Shown here: positions 32,797 to 42,493 of the stretch, piece after piece
Numbering within the stretch: the stretch's first letter is position 1
How the letters are laid out: each line of letters begins with the position of its first letter
Assembly: GCA_029256705.1 (NCBI GenBank)
Contig: JAQSXK010000006.1
Coordinates: 3,021 to 67,020, forward strand
Direction of reading: 5' to 3'
Length of the DNA stretch: 64,000 bases
DNA from: Clostridia bacterium
Lineage (GTDB): Bacteria > Bacillota > Clostridia > TANB77 > CAG-465
The notes under the pieces: model-generated
Told to the model about the DNA's origin: nothing
Databases searched by the model: none
The model's input: only the letters and a program-made list of their open reading frames with translations
Translations under genes and position numbers: made by a program

Positions 32797-34290
32797 ATGA
32801 AAAAATTAACAGACGATTTAGGTAATCCAATATTTAATGATGATTTTTCTTTGTCTACAGGTATACCAGGTATAACAGTGATAGAGGATACATATATGAT
32901 GAATAAACTTGCACATTTCAATAGAGAAAGAATACCTGAAAGAGTTGTTCATGCAAAAGGTTCTGGGGCTTTTGGATGCTTCGAAGTTACAAATGATTTG
33001 AGTAAATATACGTGCGCAAAATTTTTGTCTAAAGTAGGTAAAAAAACAGAAATGTTAGCAAGATTTTCGACTGTTGGTGGTGAAAAAGGTTCATCAGATA
33101 CCGCGAGAGATCCAAGAGGATTTGCCCTTAAATTTTATACTGAAGATGGTAATTATGATTTAGTAGGGAATAACACACCAGTTTTTTTTATAAGAGATGC
33201 TATAAAATTTCCAGATTTTATCCATTCCCAAAAAAAAGATCCTAAGAGCGGACTAACTAATTATAATATGTTTTGGGATTTCCTTTCACTTACGCCAGAA
33301 TCTATGCATCAGGTTATAATACTTTTTTCAGATAGGGGTATACCAAAAGGTTTTAGACATATGCATGGATTTGGAACTAACACATTTATGTGGTATAATG
33401 AAAAAAATGAGTATTGTTGGATTAAATATCACTTCAAGACTGAACAAGGTATAGATAATTTTAATCAAGAAGAAGCGAATATTTTGAACGGAATAGATCC
33501 AGATAGTTCAAGGCATGATTTATATGATAGTATAAAATCTGGTAACTATCCATCATGGAAAGTATATGTGCAAATAATGAGTGTTGAAGAATCGAAAAAA
33601 TATAAATTTGACCCTTTTGATCCAACAAAAGTATGGTATCATAAAGATTATCCACTTATTCCACTTGGTAGAATGGTATTAGATAAGAATCCACAAAATT
33701 TTTTTACAGATATAGAGCAAGCTGCATTTTCCCCATCACATTTTGTTAGAGGTATTGGTCCGTCGCCAGATAAATTATTACAAGGAAGACTTATGGCATA
33801 TCCTGATGCACATAGACATAGAATAGGAACAAATTCTAATGAGCTTAGTGTAAATAAAGCTAAAAATATGGTTACAACATATCAAAAAGATGGAAATATG
33901 GCGGATGATTCACAAGGAAATACAAGACTTAATTATTTTCCAAATAGTTATGAAGATGTTTATACTGATCAAAAATATAAAACACCTAACTTTGATATTT
34001 CTGGTTTTATTCAAAGACATACTTATCCATCATCAGATATAGACTTTGAGCAACCTGGTGAATTATATAGAAGGGTAATGAGTGATAAACAAAAAGAAGT
34101 TTTAATAAATAATATATGTAATAGTTTGAAACTTGCAGATCTTAAATTACAATATAGAATGACTGCATTATTTTACAAAACAGATGTGAATCTAGGAACT
34201 AGAATATCAGATATATTATCACTAAATGTAGATAATATAAGGGCATTAGCATCAATGACACAGGAGCAAAGAGTTATAAATACAAAATGA
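32797..34290 (+). CDS. katA: Monofunctional heme catalase
   Basis: KLAHFNRERIPERVVHAKGSGAFG, distal His and Asn motifs. AGGTGA RBS before ATG 32797. Confidence 0.9.
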   Translation: MKKLTDDLGNPIFNDDFSLSTGIPGITVIEDTYMMNKLAHFNRERIPERVVHAKGSGAFGCFEVTNDLSKYTCAKFLSKVGKKTEMLARFSTVGGEKGSSDTARDPRGFALKFYTEDGNYDLVGNNTPVFFIRDAIKFPDFIHSQKKDPKSGLTNYNMFWDFLSLTPESMHQVIILFSDRGIPKGFRHMHGFGTNTFMWYNEKNEYCWIKYHFKTEQGIDNFNQEEANILNGIDPDSSRHDLYDSIKSGNYPSWKVYVQIMSVEESKKYKFDPFDPTKVWYHKDYPLIPLGRMVLDKNPQNFFTDIEQAAFSPSHFVRGIGPSPDKLLQGRLMAYPDAHRHRIGTNSNELSVNKAKNMVTTYQKDGNMADDSQGNTRLNYFPNSYEDVYTDQKYKTPNFDISGFIQRHTYPSSDIDFEQPGELYRRVMSDKQKEVLINNICNSLKLADLKLQYRMTALFYKTDVNLGTRISDILSLNVDNIRALASMTQEQRVINTK

Positions 34291-34439
34291 TATAAGTAAA
34301 GAATGTCTATAAGTTTATATAGCATTCTTTTTTTAAAAATTACATTAAATTTTTATTATTTGATTGATAAACAATAGTATATATGGTAAAATTTATTTAT
34401 TCGTTAAATTAAAATTATTGAAAGGAAATAAATGATTTT

Positions 34440-34793
34440 ATGAAGTATATAATAATAACAATTTGTTTTATAGTATCATATTGTGGATTTGGTGCAATAA
34501 ATTTTTATCAGGCAAAAAATGTAGAGCCTTCAATTAGAAATTTGATACTATATAATTTATGCATAATACCTATAACTTTTATAATGAATTTAATAGTAAC
34601 ATTTACTTTTAATAAGGGATATAAGGCAGTGGGAGAAATGCTTCCAATAACAATAATTTATTTAGCAGTTGGAGTTTTTTCTTATGTAATTGTAAATTAC
34701 ATTTTCTTTAAAGAAATTCCTAAATTAAATCAATTAATTGCTATTGTATTAGTCTTTATAGCATTGATACTTTGTAATATAAAGGGTAAATAA
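34440..34793 (+). CDS. Small hydrophobic membrane protein, hypothetical
   Basis: 117 aa with 3-4 predicted TM segments. Confidence 0.5.
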   Translation: MKYIIITICFIVSYCGFGAINFYQAKNVEPSIRNLILYNLCIIPITFIMNLIVTFTFNKGYKAVGEMLPITIIYLAVGVFSYVIVNYIFFKEIPKLNQLIAIVLVFIALILCNIKGK

Positions 34794-34821
34794 AAACAGT
34801 AGTATATACTACTGTTTTTTT
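34792..34821. terminator. Bidirectional terminator between the 34440-34793 gene and nrdR
   Basis: AAACAGTAGTATA / TATACTACTGTTT perfect palindrome flanked by A-run and T-run. Confidence 0.7.
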
Positions 34822-34826
34822 CACTA

Positions 34827-35276
34827 TTACTTTAAAAGTTTGTTTAATTCTTTTTTAAATTCGTTTATATCTTTAAATTGTCTATATACTGATGCAAATC
34901 TTACATAAGCAATTTCATCAATTTCCCTTAATTTTTGGATAACAATGTCACCTATTTTAGAAGCTTCAATTTCTTTTTCCATAGAATTATTTAATTCCAT
35001 TTCGATTTCATCAACAGTTCTTTCTATAACATTTAATGGGACTGGTCTCTTTTCACACGCTCTAAGCATACCATTTATTATTTTGTTTCTGTCAAATTGC
35101 TGCCTTATACCATTTTTCTTTATTACAACTATAGGTGTATATTCAATTTTTTCATAAGTAGTAAATCTATTTCCACATCCTAAACACTCACGTCTTCTTC
35201 TGGTTGAATTTCCATCTTCTACAGTTCTAGAATCTACAACTTTGCTCTCTTCGTTTCCACACTTTAAACATTTCAT
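34827..35276 (-). CDS. nrdR: Transcriptional repressor NrdR
   Basis: [42 protein letters not shown] zinc ribbon plus ATP-cone. Confidence 0.95.
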   Translation of the reverse strand: MKCLKCGNEESKVVDSRTVEDGNSTRRRRECLGCGNRFTTYEKIEYTPIVVIKKNGIRQQFDRNKIINGMLRACEKRPVPLNVIERTVDEIEMELNNSMEKEIEASKIGDIVIQKLREIDEIAYVRFASVYRQFKDINEFKKELNKLLK

Positions 35277-35285
35277 AAAAACACC

Positions 35286-35801
35286 TCACTTAAAATTATA
35301 TATAACAGTATTATTATTTCTTAAACTTTCTTTGCAATCTATTGATCTTTGGTTTGTACTTCCTCTATAAGCTAAAACGTCACTTTTAAAATTAATATCA
35401 AATTTACCGTCAATAAGAATATCTGTATTATTTAGTAATGAATTAAAGCCATTATTTTCATTTGAATTTTTTAATAAAAATTCAAATTCATATCCTGTAT
35501 ATACAATCACATCTAGTTTTTTTCTATCTAATTTTGATAGTAGTTGTGATACTTGGTTAGCTTGCATAAATGGCTCTCCACCACTTACAGTAATACCTTT
35601 TAAGAGAGGATTTTTAGTAATATCGGTTATAATATCATCTATAGCTATAAGATTTCCACAATTAAACGAATGAGTTTGAGGATTGTGACATCCATCACAT
35701 TTATGTGGACAACCTTGTGTGAATAATACGTATCTTATTCCTGGTCCATCTACAATTGACTCTTTAACTATTCCAGATAACCTAATTTTTTCATTGTCCA
35801 T
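35286..35801 (-). CDS. nrdG: Anaerobic ribonucleotide reductase activating protein
   Basis: Radical-SAM CPHKCDGC. Confidence 0.9.
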   Translation of the reverse strand: MDNEKIRLSGIVKESIVDGPGIRYVLFTQGCPHKCDGCHNPQTHSFNCGNLIAIDDIITDITKNPLLKGITVSGGEPFMQANQVSQLLSKLDRKKLDVIVYTGYEFEFLLKNSNENNGFNSLLNNTDILIDGKFDINFKSDVLAYRGSTNQRSIDCKESLRNNNTVIYNFK

Positions 35802-35829
35802 AAAAATACCTCCGTATTAAAATTTTATA

Positions 35830-38151
35830 CTATAATGAGTGTTTTATTCTGTCTTTCTCTTCTGATTTTTTTGCATTATTAAATCTATCTATTGTACCAA
35901 CTAAGTATCCAGTAATTCTTCTTATTCTTTCAAAGCCACCTAAATCATTTTCAAATTCTTTTCTACCACATTGAGGACATGTGTCTCCAATTATTCCTGT
36001 GTAACCACAAACAGGGTCTCTATCTACTGGATGATTAATTGAACCATATCCAATACCTGATTCTTTCATACATCTTATTATTTGTTCAAAAGCTTCTAGA
36101 TTTTTTGTAGGATCACCATCTAATTCTACATAACTTATATGACCAGCATTTGTTAATTCGTGATATGGTGCTTCAATTCTAATTTTATCAAAAGCGTTTA
36201 TTTTATAATATACTGGAACATGAAAAGAGTTTGTATAATAATCTTTATCTGTTACTCCTTCAATGTTTCCAAACCTTTTTCTATCCATTTTGACAAATCT
36301 ACCAGATAGACCCTCTGCTGGAGTGGCAAGTAATGTATAATTAAATCCACTTTTTTCCGCTTCTTCATCCATTCTTTGTCTCATATGTTTTACTATTTTT
36401 AGTCCTAATCCTCTTGCTTCTTCAGTTTCGCCATGATGATTACCAATAAGAGATTTAAGTGATTCTGCAAGTCCAATGAAACCTACAGATAGAGTGCCAT
36501 GTTTTAAAATTTCTCCAACTTCATCTTCTAATTTTAATTTTTCAGATCCAAGCCATACGCCTTGTCCCATCAAAAAGGGATAATTCAAAACTTTCTTCTT
36601 TGCTTGAATTTTATATCTATCCATTAATTGTTCTATAACAAGATCAATTCGCTCATCTAGTAATTTAAAGAATAAATCTACATTATGATTTGATAATATA
36701 GCAAGTCTTGGTAAATTTATTGAAGTAAAACTTAAATTACCTCTACCACAGACAACTTCATTTTCTTTATCATAAATATTAGCCATTACTCTGGTTCTAC
36801 ATCCCATGTATGCTACTTCACTGTTATAGTCTCCCTTTTTATAGTATTTTACATTAAATGGTGCATCAATAAATGAAAAATTAGGAAATAGTCTTTTAGC
36901 TGAAACTTTACATGCTAACTTAAACAAATCATAGTTTGGTTCACCTTCATTGTAATTGATTCCTTCTTTAATTTTAAATATTTGTATAGGGAATATAGGG
37001 GTTTCTCCAAATCCAAGACCAGCATCTGTTGCAAGCAGTAAATTTTTCATTACAAGTCTTCCCTCGGCAGAGGTGTCTAATCCATAATTTATAGAGCTAA
37101 ATGGTACTTGTGCGCCTGCTCTTGAATGCATAGTATTTAAATTATGTATAAATGCTTCCATTGACTGATATGTTGCTTTATCAATTTCTTTGTATGTATA
37201 TTTATTTACGAATTCTTGAATTTTATTTACTATATTTTCACTAAATTCTTTTAATAAAATGTTTTTTTCTTCATTTAAATAGTTATTTGTATTTTCTAAT
37301 GTAGGTATCATATTTTTTGTGGATTCAATTTTATTAATCAAATCATTAACATAATTTTCGGTATCTGATTTTTCAGTAAGTAATTCGATTGCTTTAATTA
37401 AATTCTTTACATGTAATTTTTTATATGTTTTTCTTACACCAATTGCTAATGCATATTCGAAGTTTGGTATACTCTGTCCACCATGTTGATCATTTTGGTT
37501 AGATTGTATTGCAATTGCAGCAAGGGCTGCATAACTTGCTATATCATTTGGTTCTCTTAGATGACCTTCACCAGTTGAAAATCCGTTTTCAAATAATTTG
37601 ATTAAATCTATTTGAGTGCATGTAGTTGTTAATGTTAAAAAATCTAAGTCATGTATATGAATGTCTCCTTCTACATGTGCTTTAGAGTGTTTTTTATCCA
37701 AAACAAACATTTGATAGAATTTTTTAGCACCTTCACTACCGTACTTTAGCATTGTACCCATAGCTGTATCTGCATTTACATTCGCATTTTCTCTTTTTAT
37801 ATCGTTATCCTTACTGTTTGAAAAAGTTAATTCTTCAAACGTTTTCATTATTTCACTATTCATTTCTCTTAATCTTGTTCTTTCAGCTCTATATAATATA
37901 TAAGCTTTTGCAGTGGTTGCATGCCCTTCTTCAATTAATATTTTTTCTGTGGCATCTTGGACTTGTTCAACAGTTGGAACATTTCCATTAATTTTTGATT
38001 CAAGATATTCACAAACTTTTTGTGCTAGCTCCTCGGCAATTTCATAATCATGACCTCCAACTTCTACTGCTGCTTTATAAATTGCTTTTGAAATTTTTTC
38101 GACATTAAAGGCTACTTTTCTGCCATCTCTTTTTATTATTTTAGTTATCAT
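35830..38151 (-). CDS. nrdD: Anaerobic ribonucleoside-triphosphate reductase
   Basis: N-terminal ATP-cone, C-terminal Zn ribbon CGYTGIIGDTCPQCG, glycyl-radical motif RITGYLVG. Confidence 0.9.
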   Translation of the reverse strand: MITKIIKRDGRKVAFNVEKISKAIYKAAVEVGGHDYEIAEELAQKVCEYLESKINGNVPTVEQVQDATEKILIEEGHATTAKAYILYRAERTRLREMNSEIMKTFEELTFSNSKDNDIKRENANVNADTAMGTMLKYGSEGAKKFYQMFVLDKKHSKAHVEGDIHIHDLDFLTLTTTCTQIDLIKLFENGFSTGEGHLREPNDIASYAALAAIAIQSNQNDQHGGQSIPNFEYALAIGVRKTYKKLHVKNLIKAIELLTEKSDTENYVNDLINKIESTKNMIPTLENTNNYLNEEKNILLKEFSENIVNKIQEFVNKYTYKEIDKATYQSMEAFIHNLNTMHSRAGAQVPFSSINYGLDTSAEGRLVMKNLLLATDAGLGFGETPIFPIQIFKIKEGINYNEGEPNYDLFKLACKVSAKRLFPNFSFIDAPFNVKYYKKGDYNSEVAYMGCRTRVMANIYDKENEVVCGRGNLSFTSINLPRLAILSNHNVDLFFKLLDERIDLVIEQLMDRYKIQAKKKVLNYPFLMGQGVWLGSEKLKLEDEVGEILKHGTLSVGFIGLAESLKSLIGNHHGETEEARGLGLKIVKHMRQRMDEEAEKSGFNYTLLATPAEGLSGRFVKMDRKRFGNIEGVTDKDYYTNSFHVPVYYKINAFDKIRIEAPYHELTNAGHISYVELDGDPTKNLEAFEQIIRCMKESGIGYGSINHPVDRDPVCGYTGIIGDTCPQCGRKEFENDLGGFERIRRITGYLVGTIDRFNNAKKSEEKDRIKHSL

Positions 38152-38187
38152 AAAAATACCACCCCTTGTATTACATAAAATGTAAAA

Positions 38188-38203
38188 ACACTATATATTG
38201 TGT
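38188..38203. promoter_or_regulatory. NrdR box upstream of nrdD
   Basis: ACACTATATATTGTGT matches the acaCwAtATaTwGtgt consensus at 16/16 positions. A weaker palindrome TTACATAAAATGTAA lies at 38171-38185. Confidence 0.75.
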
Positions 38204-38383
38204 TTATGAAGTAATTATAACATAAGTAAAATTTATTGTCAATGTATTTTAATAAGATTTTTAAAATGTAATATTTATGACATATTGAACTAATTTTCTA
38301 CATAAATTTATGTAAATAAAATAGTATATAAAGTAAATCAATTGCATATAATTTTAATATGAAAAAAGTTATAAAACTCATTT

Positions 38384-38393
38384 TTTGTCGAAA
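38384..38393 (+). promoter_or_regulatory. Spo0A (0A) box TTTGTCGAAA upstream of the Spo0E-like gene promoter
   Basis: Exact match to the TTTGTCGAAA consensus, 28 bp upstream of -35 TTGACA (38422-27). The -10 is TATTAT (38445-50). Confidence 0.5.
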
Positions 38394-38470
38394 CTTGCGA
38401 CCGAAAAAATGACAGCAGATATTGACAACTGTGTCATAAAATGGTATTATATTTGCGGAAGGGTGATTTG

Positions 38471-38623
38471 ATGGTACAAGAAAAAATTATTGAATTGAAG
38501 AAAAAATTAGATGATCAGATAATGAATAATGATTTATATGAGAAAATATATAAAACTAGTGTGGACATTGATAAGTTAATAATAGAATATTACAAACAAT
38601 ATGGACTAAGTGGGGTTAAATAG
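38471..38623 (+). CDS. Spo0E-family aspartyl-phosphate phosphatase-like small protein
   Basis: MVQEKIIELKKKLDDQIMNNDLYEKIYKTSVDIDKLIIEYYKQ matches the Spo0E-like helical hairpin and SxxxDxLI..YY pattern. GGAAGGGTGA RBS. Confidence 0.6.
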   Translation: MVQEKIIELKKKLDDQIMNNDLYEKIYKTSVDIDKLIIEYYKQYGLSGVK

Positions 38624-39013
38624 TCGTTTGAAAATATCCATATTTTTAAATGTGTCCAATGAGATATCAAAAAGTAGTAGTCCAAGAATTATAAGTAATA
38701 AATAATCTCGTTTATTTTCCATGAACAAGAATATTACGATACCTACTATTATTATGTCATCGATATTAATTGATAGTCCAAATAGAGAAAGTCTATCTCT
38801 ATTTGGTTTAGATGGATCACTCACAAATTCTTGAGACTCTTTATTATCATCAAAAGAGATTTGACTCATGATTTCGTTAGTAGCTTCTTTTTTTGAGTCT
38901 GTTTCAATAATAGGATGAACGGGAGCAGGTCTAGTGTACATATTGTTGTATGGTATGTAATTATTATAATAGTTAGTATTATGTAACATTATTACCACTC
39001 CCCTTATCATCAA
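38606..39013 (-). CDS. Hypothetical protein with a C-terminal TM (possibly sporulation-related)
   Basis: 135-aa ORF, N/Y-rich N-terminus. Last gene of a three-gene minus-strand cluster. Confidence 0.4.
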   Translation of the reverse strand: MMIRGVVIMLHNTNYYNNYIPYNNMYTRPAPVHPIIETDSKKEATNEIMSQISFDDNKESQEFVSDPSKPNRDRLSLFGLSINIDDIIIVGIVIFLFMENKRDYLLLIILGLLLFDISLDTFKNMDIFKRLFNPT

Positions 39014-39419
39014 ATATACCTAACGCACTTCCAATAGTTAAGTATGTTAAATACTCATTTATTTTCTCTTGCCTTGATTTTCTAAGAAAAGGTTTTAGAG
39101 AAATAAGTAAATTTTTTCTAGGATCATCTTTGCTCATTGAAGACAATATTTTCTGAATTTTCATCATTGTATTTACATCAAATCCAGATTCATTACTTCC
39201 AAATAATCCTGCTAAATTTAAATTATTTAGTACATCGGATATGTTAAAATTGTTGTTTTCTTTTTTACTTTCTTTTTTTTGCTCATTTTTAAAAAAATTT
39301 TCTTGCATGTATTCTATATTATTTTTTTCTTCTTTTGGACTTGGCGGCTTTTCTTCACTTAATTTGGATTGAATTCCCTGTATCAATTCAAATAAATAAT
39401 TATTATCTTCTTTATCCAT
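38979..39419 (-). CDS. Hypothetical K/E/N-rich protein
   Basis: 146-aa ORF overlapping the next gene by 35 nt. Confidence 0.4.
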   Translation of the reverse strand: MDKEDNNYLFELIQGIQSKLSEEKPPSPKEEKNNIEYMQENFFKNEQKKESKKENNNFNISDVLNNLNLAGLFGSNESGFDVNTMMKIQKILSSMSKDDPRKNLLISLKPFLRKSRQEKINEYLTYLTIGSALGIFDDKGSGNNVT

Positions 39420-39430
39420 CTTTAATTCAC

Positions 39431-39616
39431 TTATTTTCCGTCTTGTGAGTTGTTATTCACATTTTTGTTTAACATTCCAACTAAATTATTTAAATCTTCT
39501 TTAGACATGCCGCTTACCATTTTTCCAACTTGTTCAATTTTACTTCTATCAACCCCAGATAGTAGTTCTAATAGTTTAGAATTTAACATATTATTCATGT
39601 TACTCATATACATCAA
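39431..39616 (-). CDS. Hypothetical small protein
   Basis: 61-aa ORF. 11-nt gap to the next ORF, so a frameshifted single gene is possible. Confidence 0.35.
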   Translation of the reverse strand: MMYMSNMNNMLNSKLLELLSGVDRSKIEQVGKMVSGMSKEDLNNLVGMLNKNVNNNSQDGK

Positions 39617-39828
39617 CCCCCTTAAATAACTTATATATTGTAATTATATGCACCTTATTAAAAAGTGTGATTGAAATGCGAGGTGAAAGATGCTTAATTT
39701 TAAAAAAAATAATTTTATAACTAAAAATATATATGCGGATATATCTATATTATATGATATTGTTGATGTTAATGATAATGTGATATAATAATTTTAATTA
39801 AAGTAAAATATATGAAAGGTGGATAATA

Positions 39829-41955
39829 ATGAAGATTGATTTGCACTGTCATACAATGAAAGTAAAAAGTGGTGATTCGGTAAAAAGAAACATAGATGCA
39901 GACACATTTGTAAGGAAAATAAATAATGCTGAAGTTAAAATTGTTGCTATAACAAATCATAATTTATTTGATATTAATCAATATAATAATTTCACACAAA
40001 AGGCAAATAATGAATTTCAAATATGGCCAGGTATTGAACTTGACATTAATGATATAGAGAATAAACGCGGACATCTAATTGTAATAGCAAATCCAGCGAT
40101 TGTTGAAGAATTTCATAAAACAACATTGGAACTTATAAATGGTATACATCCAGATACATTTAGTGCTGACATAGAAAAGGTTATAGAAAAATTTAATAGT
40201 AAAGATGTAATTTACATTGCACATTCAGGTGGAAAGAAACAATCGCTTACTGATGAGACAATTAAAAAAATAGATTTTATAATTAAAGAAAAATATAGGT
40301 TGTTTAAGGAACCTAGTAACTTTAAAACTTTAAGTATAATGTCTAATGTAGGATTTAAAGTTATCATAGGAAGTGATGTTTCAGATTGGGATAAGTACAA
40401 TGATTTTAAATTTGCGGAACTAAAATTAAAAATAGACAGTTTTGAACAGTTTATTCTATTATCTAAAAAAGATGTGGGAACAGTTAAGACACTATTAGAA
40501 AAAAAACAAAAGCAAGATCTGCAAATAAAAGTTAGTATAGATAATAATAAAAAGGTTGATATGAGTATACCTATTTATAATGATGTTAATATATTGTTTG
40601 GTGCTAAGGGTACAGGTAAGACAGCAATATTATTGGGCTTAAATGATAAGTATAATAATGATGGTGGAGATATTTCTTTTTATGCTGCTAAAGATTCGGA
40701 TAGCATTATAGATAATATGTTAAAAGAAAATAAGGGAGAAAGAAGTCTAAAAAAGTTAAATTTAGAATATTTGAAAACATGTTTTGAAGATATAAAAAAA
40801 TGGAGAGAGACAACCTTTACTGAAATAAAGCAATATATAAATTATTGTGAAACAAAAAATTTTAATACAAATAAGAATAATTTAAAAATAACAATTATGA
40901 GAAAATTAAACAATATAACTCCTAAGAAATATAGGGCTGAAAAAGAAGTATTAAGTATAATAGAAGATATAATTAATAATTACAAAAAAATAGGATTAAA
41001 AGAAATCTTAAAATCAAAAGAGTTAATAGAACTAACAAATATTAATAATAAAATATTTAAAAGTATTGAAGAAAAATTAAAAAAAGAATATATAGAATAT
41101 CTTTCAAAAGAATTTACAAATAATTGTATAACAAAAATCAAAGAAAGAGCCGACATCTACACAACTTCAAAGTCTTTGCCAAATAGTACTGGCTTTTTAG
41201 ATTTTGCAAAAAATAGGCTTGTTTTAAAGATAAATATAGATAGAATATTAGTTGGTTTTAATGAGGCAAAAATTGAAGAAAAAACTAAAGTTGGAGAGTT
41301 AGATAATAATAAATGTATATATTTAAAGACAATATATAAAGCTTATTCTAAAGGAGACAATGGATTTAAATATGGAAAACACAATAAGAATTTGAAACCT
41401 ATATTTGAAATTATTAGTAAAATAAAAGAAAACTATTTTGAAAGCATAAACGATGATATGATGAAATTGATTGCATTAATAATTGATGAAAATATTGATT
41501 TTGAAGATTTTGTAGGAATTAAAAAAAGTTTTGTTAATCAAGATGATGCAGAATATACACCTTCAGATGGAGAAAAAATAATGCTGGTATTACATAAAGC
41601 TTTAATGGCGAATAAGCAAATATACATATTAGATGAACCAGAAAGAAGTTTAGGCAATTCTTTTATTAATGATGTGGTTCTTCCAAGAATAAATGATATT
41701 GCAAGAGAAGGAAAGACGGTTATAATAGCTACACATAATGCAAATATAGCTGTAAGAAGTTTACCTTTTGTTTCAATACTAAAAGATTATAATAATGGAA
41801 AATATAATACTTATATTGGAAATCCATTTACGAACAAGTTAATTAATACTGAAAATGAAATAGATGTAAAGGACTGGAAAGATGAGAGTATGAGAATATT
41901 AGAAGGTGGAAAAGAAGCTTTCAATGAAAGAGAGGATATTTATGAATCAAGATAA
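39829..41955 (+). CDS. PHP phosphoesterase domain fused to an ABC/OLD-type (AAA_15/21-like) ATPase. Candidate defence effector.
   Basis: N-terminal PHP motifs DLHCHT, ITNHN, GIELD, IAHSGG. Walker A ILFGAKGTGKTAIL (~aa 259). ~300-aa helical insert. Signature-like YTPSDGEK. Walker B QIYILDEPERSLG. H-loop IIATHNANI. AAAGGTGG RBS. Confidence 0.7.
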   Translation: MKIDLHCHTMKVKSGDSVKRNIDADTFVRKINNAEVKIVAITNHNLFDINQYNNFTQKANNEFQIWPGIELDINDIENKRGHLIVIANPAIVEEFHKTTLELINGIHPDTFSADIEKVIEKFNSKDVIYIAHSGGKKQSLTDETIKKIDFIIKEKYRLFKEPSNFKTLSIMSNVGFKVIIGSDVSDWDKYNDFKFAELKLKIDSFEQFILLSKKDVGTVKTLLEKKQKQDLQIKVSIDNNKKVDMSIPIYNDVNILFGAKGTGKTAILLGLNDKYNNDGGDISFYAAKDSDSIIDNMLKENKGERSLKKLNLEYLKTCFEDIKKWRETTFTEIKQYINYCETKNFNTNKNNLKITIMRKLNNITPKKYRAEKEVLSIIEDIINNYKKIGLKEILKSKELIELTNINNKIFKSIEEKLKKEYIEYLSKEFTNNCITKIKERADIYTTSKSLPNSTGFLDFAKNRLVLKINIDRILVGFNEAKIEEKTKVGELDNNKCIYLKTIYKAYSKGDNGFKYGKHNKNLKPIFEIISKIKENYFESINDDMMKLIALIIDENIDFEDFVGIKKSFVNQDDAEYTPSDGEKIMLVLHKALMANKQIYILDEPERSLGNSFINDVVLPRINDIAREGKTVIIATHNANIAVRSLPFVSILKDYNNGKYNTYIGNPFTNKLINTENEIDVKDWKDESMRILEGGKEAFNEREDIYESR

Positions 41956-42253
41956 TATTGTAAAGGTTATTCTAAAGAAAAACTTAAAAAATCAGGATGT
42001 ATTAGAATTTAATTTTTTTAAAATTCAGCATATAATTTTAACAAGCGAAAATGCAAATAATTTAAAAAATTTTTTTGAAATACTATTATTAGAATTATCT
42101 AAAAAACCATTTATTTTAGAACTGGTAATTGAAAAAGATTATGAAACCGTTTTGTATAAGGATGTTGCTATGGCATATATAGATTCATTAAATGATGAGA
42201 TAATTGAATTAATTGACTCAGAAGAATGGAAAGAAGTTTTTAAGAGTAATTAA
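41942..42253 (+). CDS. 103-aa acidic hypothetical protein, translationally coupled to the PHP-ATPase gene
   Basis: ATG at 41942 overlaps the upstream gene end by 14 nt. AGAGAGGA RBS. Sequence MNQDNIVKVILKKNLKNQDVLEF...IDSEEWKEVFKSN. Confidence 0.55.
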   Translation: MNQDNIVKVILKKNLKNQDVLEFNFFKIQHIILTSENANNLKNFFEILLLELSKKPFILELVIEKDYETVLYKDVAMAYIDSLNDEIIELIDSEEWKEVFKSN

Positions 42254-42493
42254 TATTGTGTAATTTAATATTAAGCTTATTTAATTAATTAAAAATATAT
42301 CTAACAAACAAAAGACAAGCGTAATGAATAATGATGTAATGAAAGCAGCAAAAATTATTTTAAATATGACGGAGTTTGTAAATAATAAAAAAGATAAACT
42401 TTCACTAACACAACTAGATGTATGTAAAAGTATTTAATTTAAATCACTTTCTAGGCTAAATTATCATAAGATATTCTAGGAGGTGATTATTTA

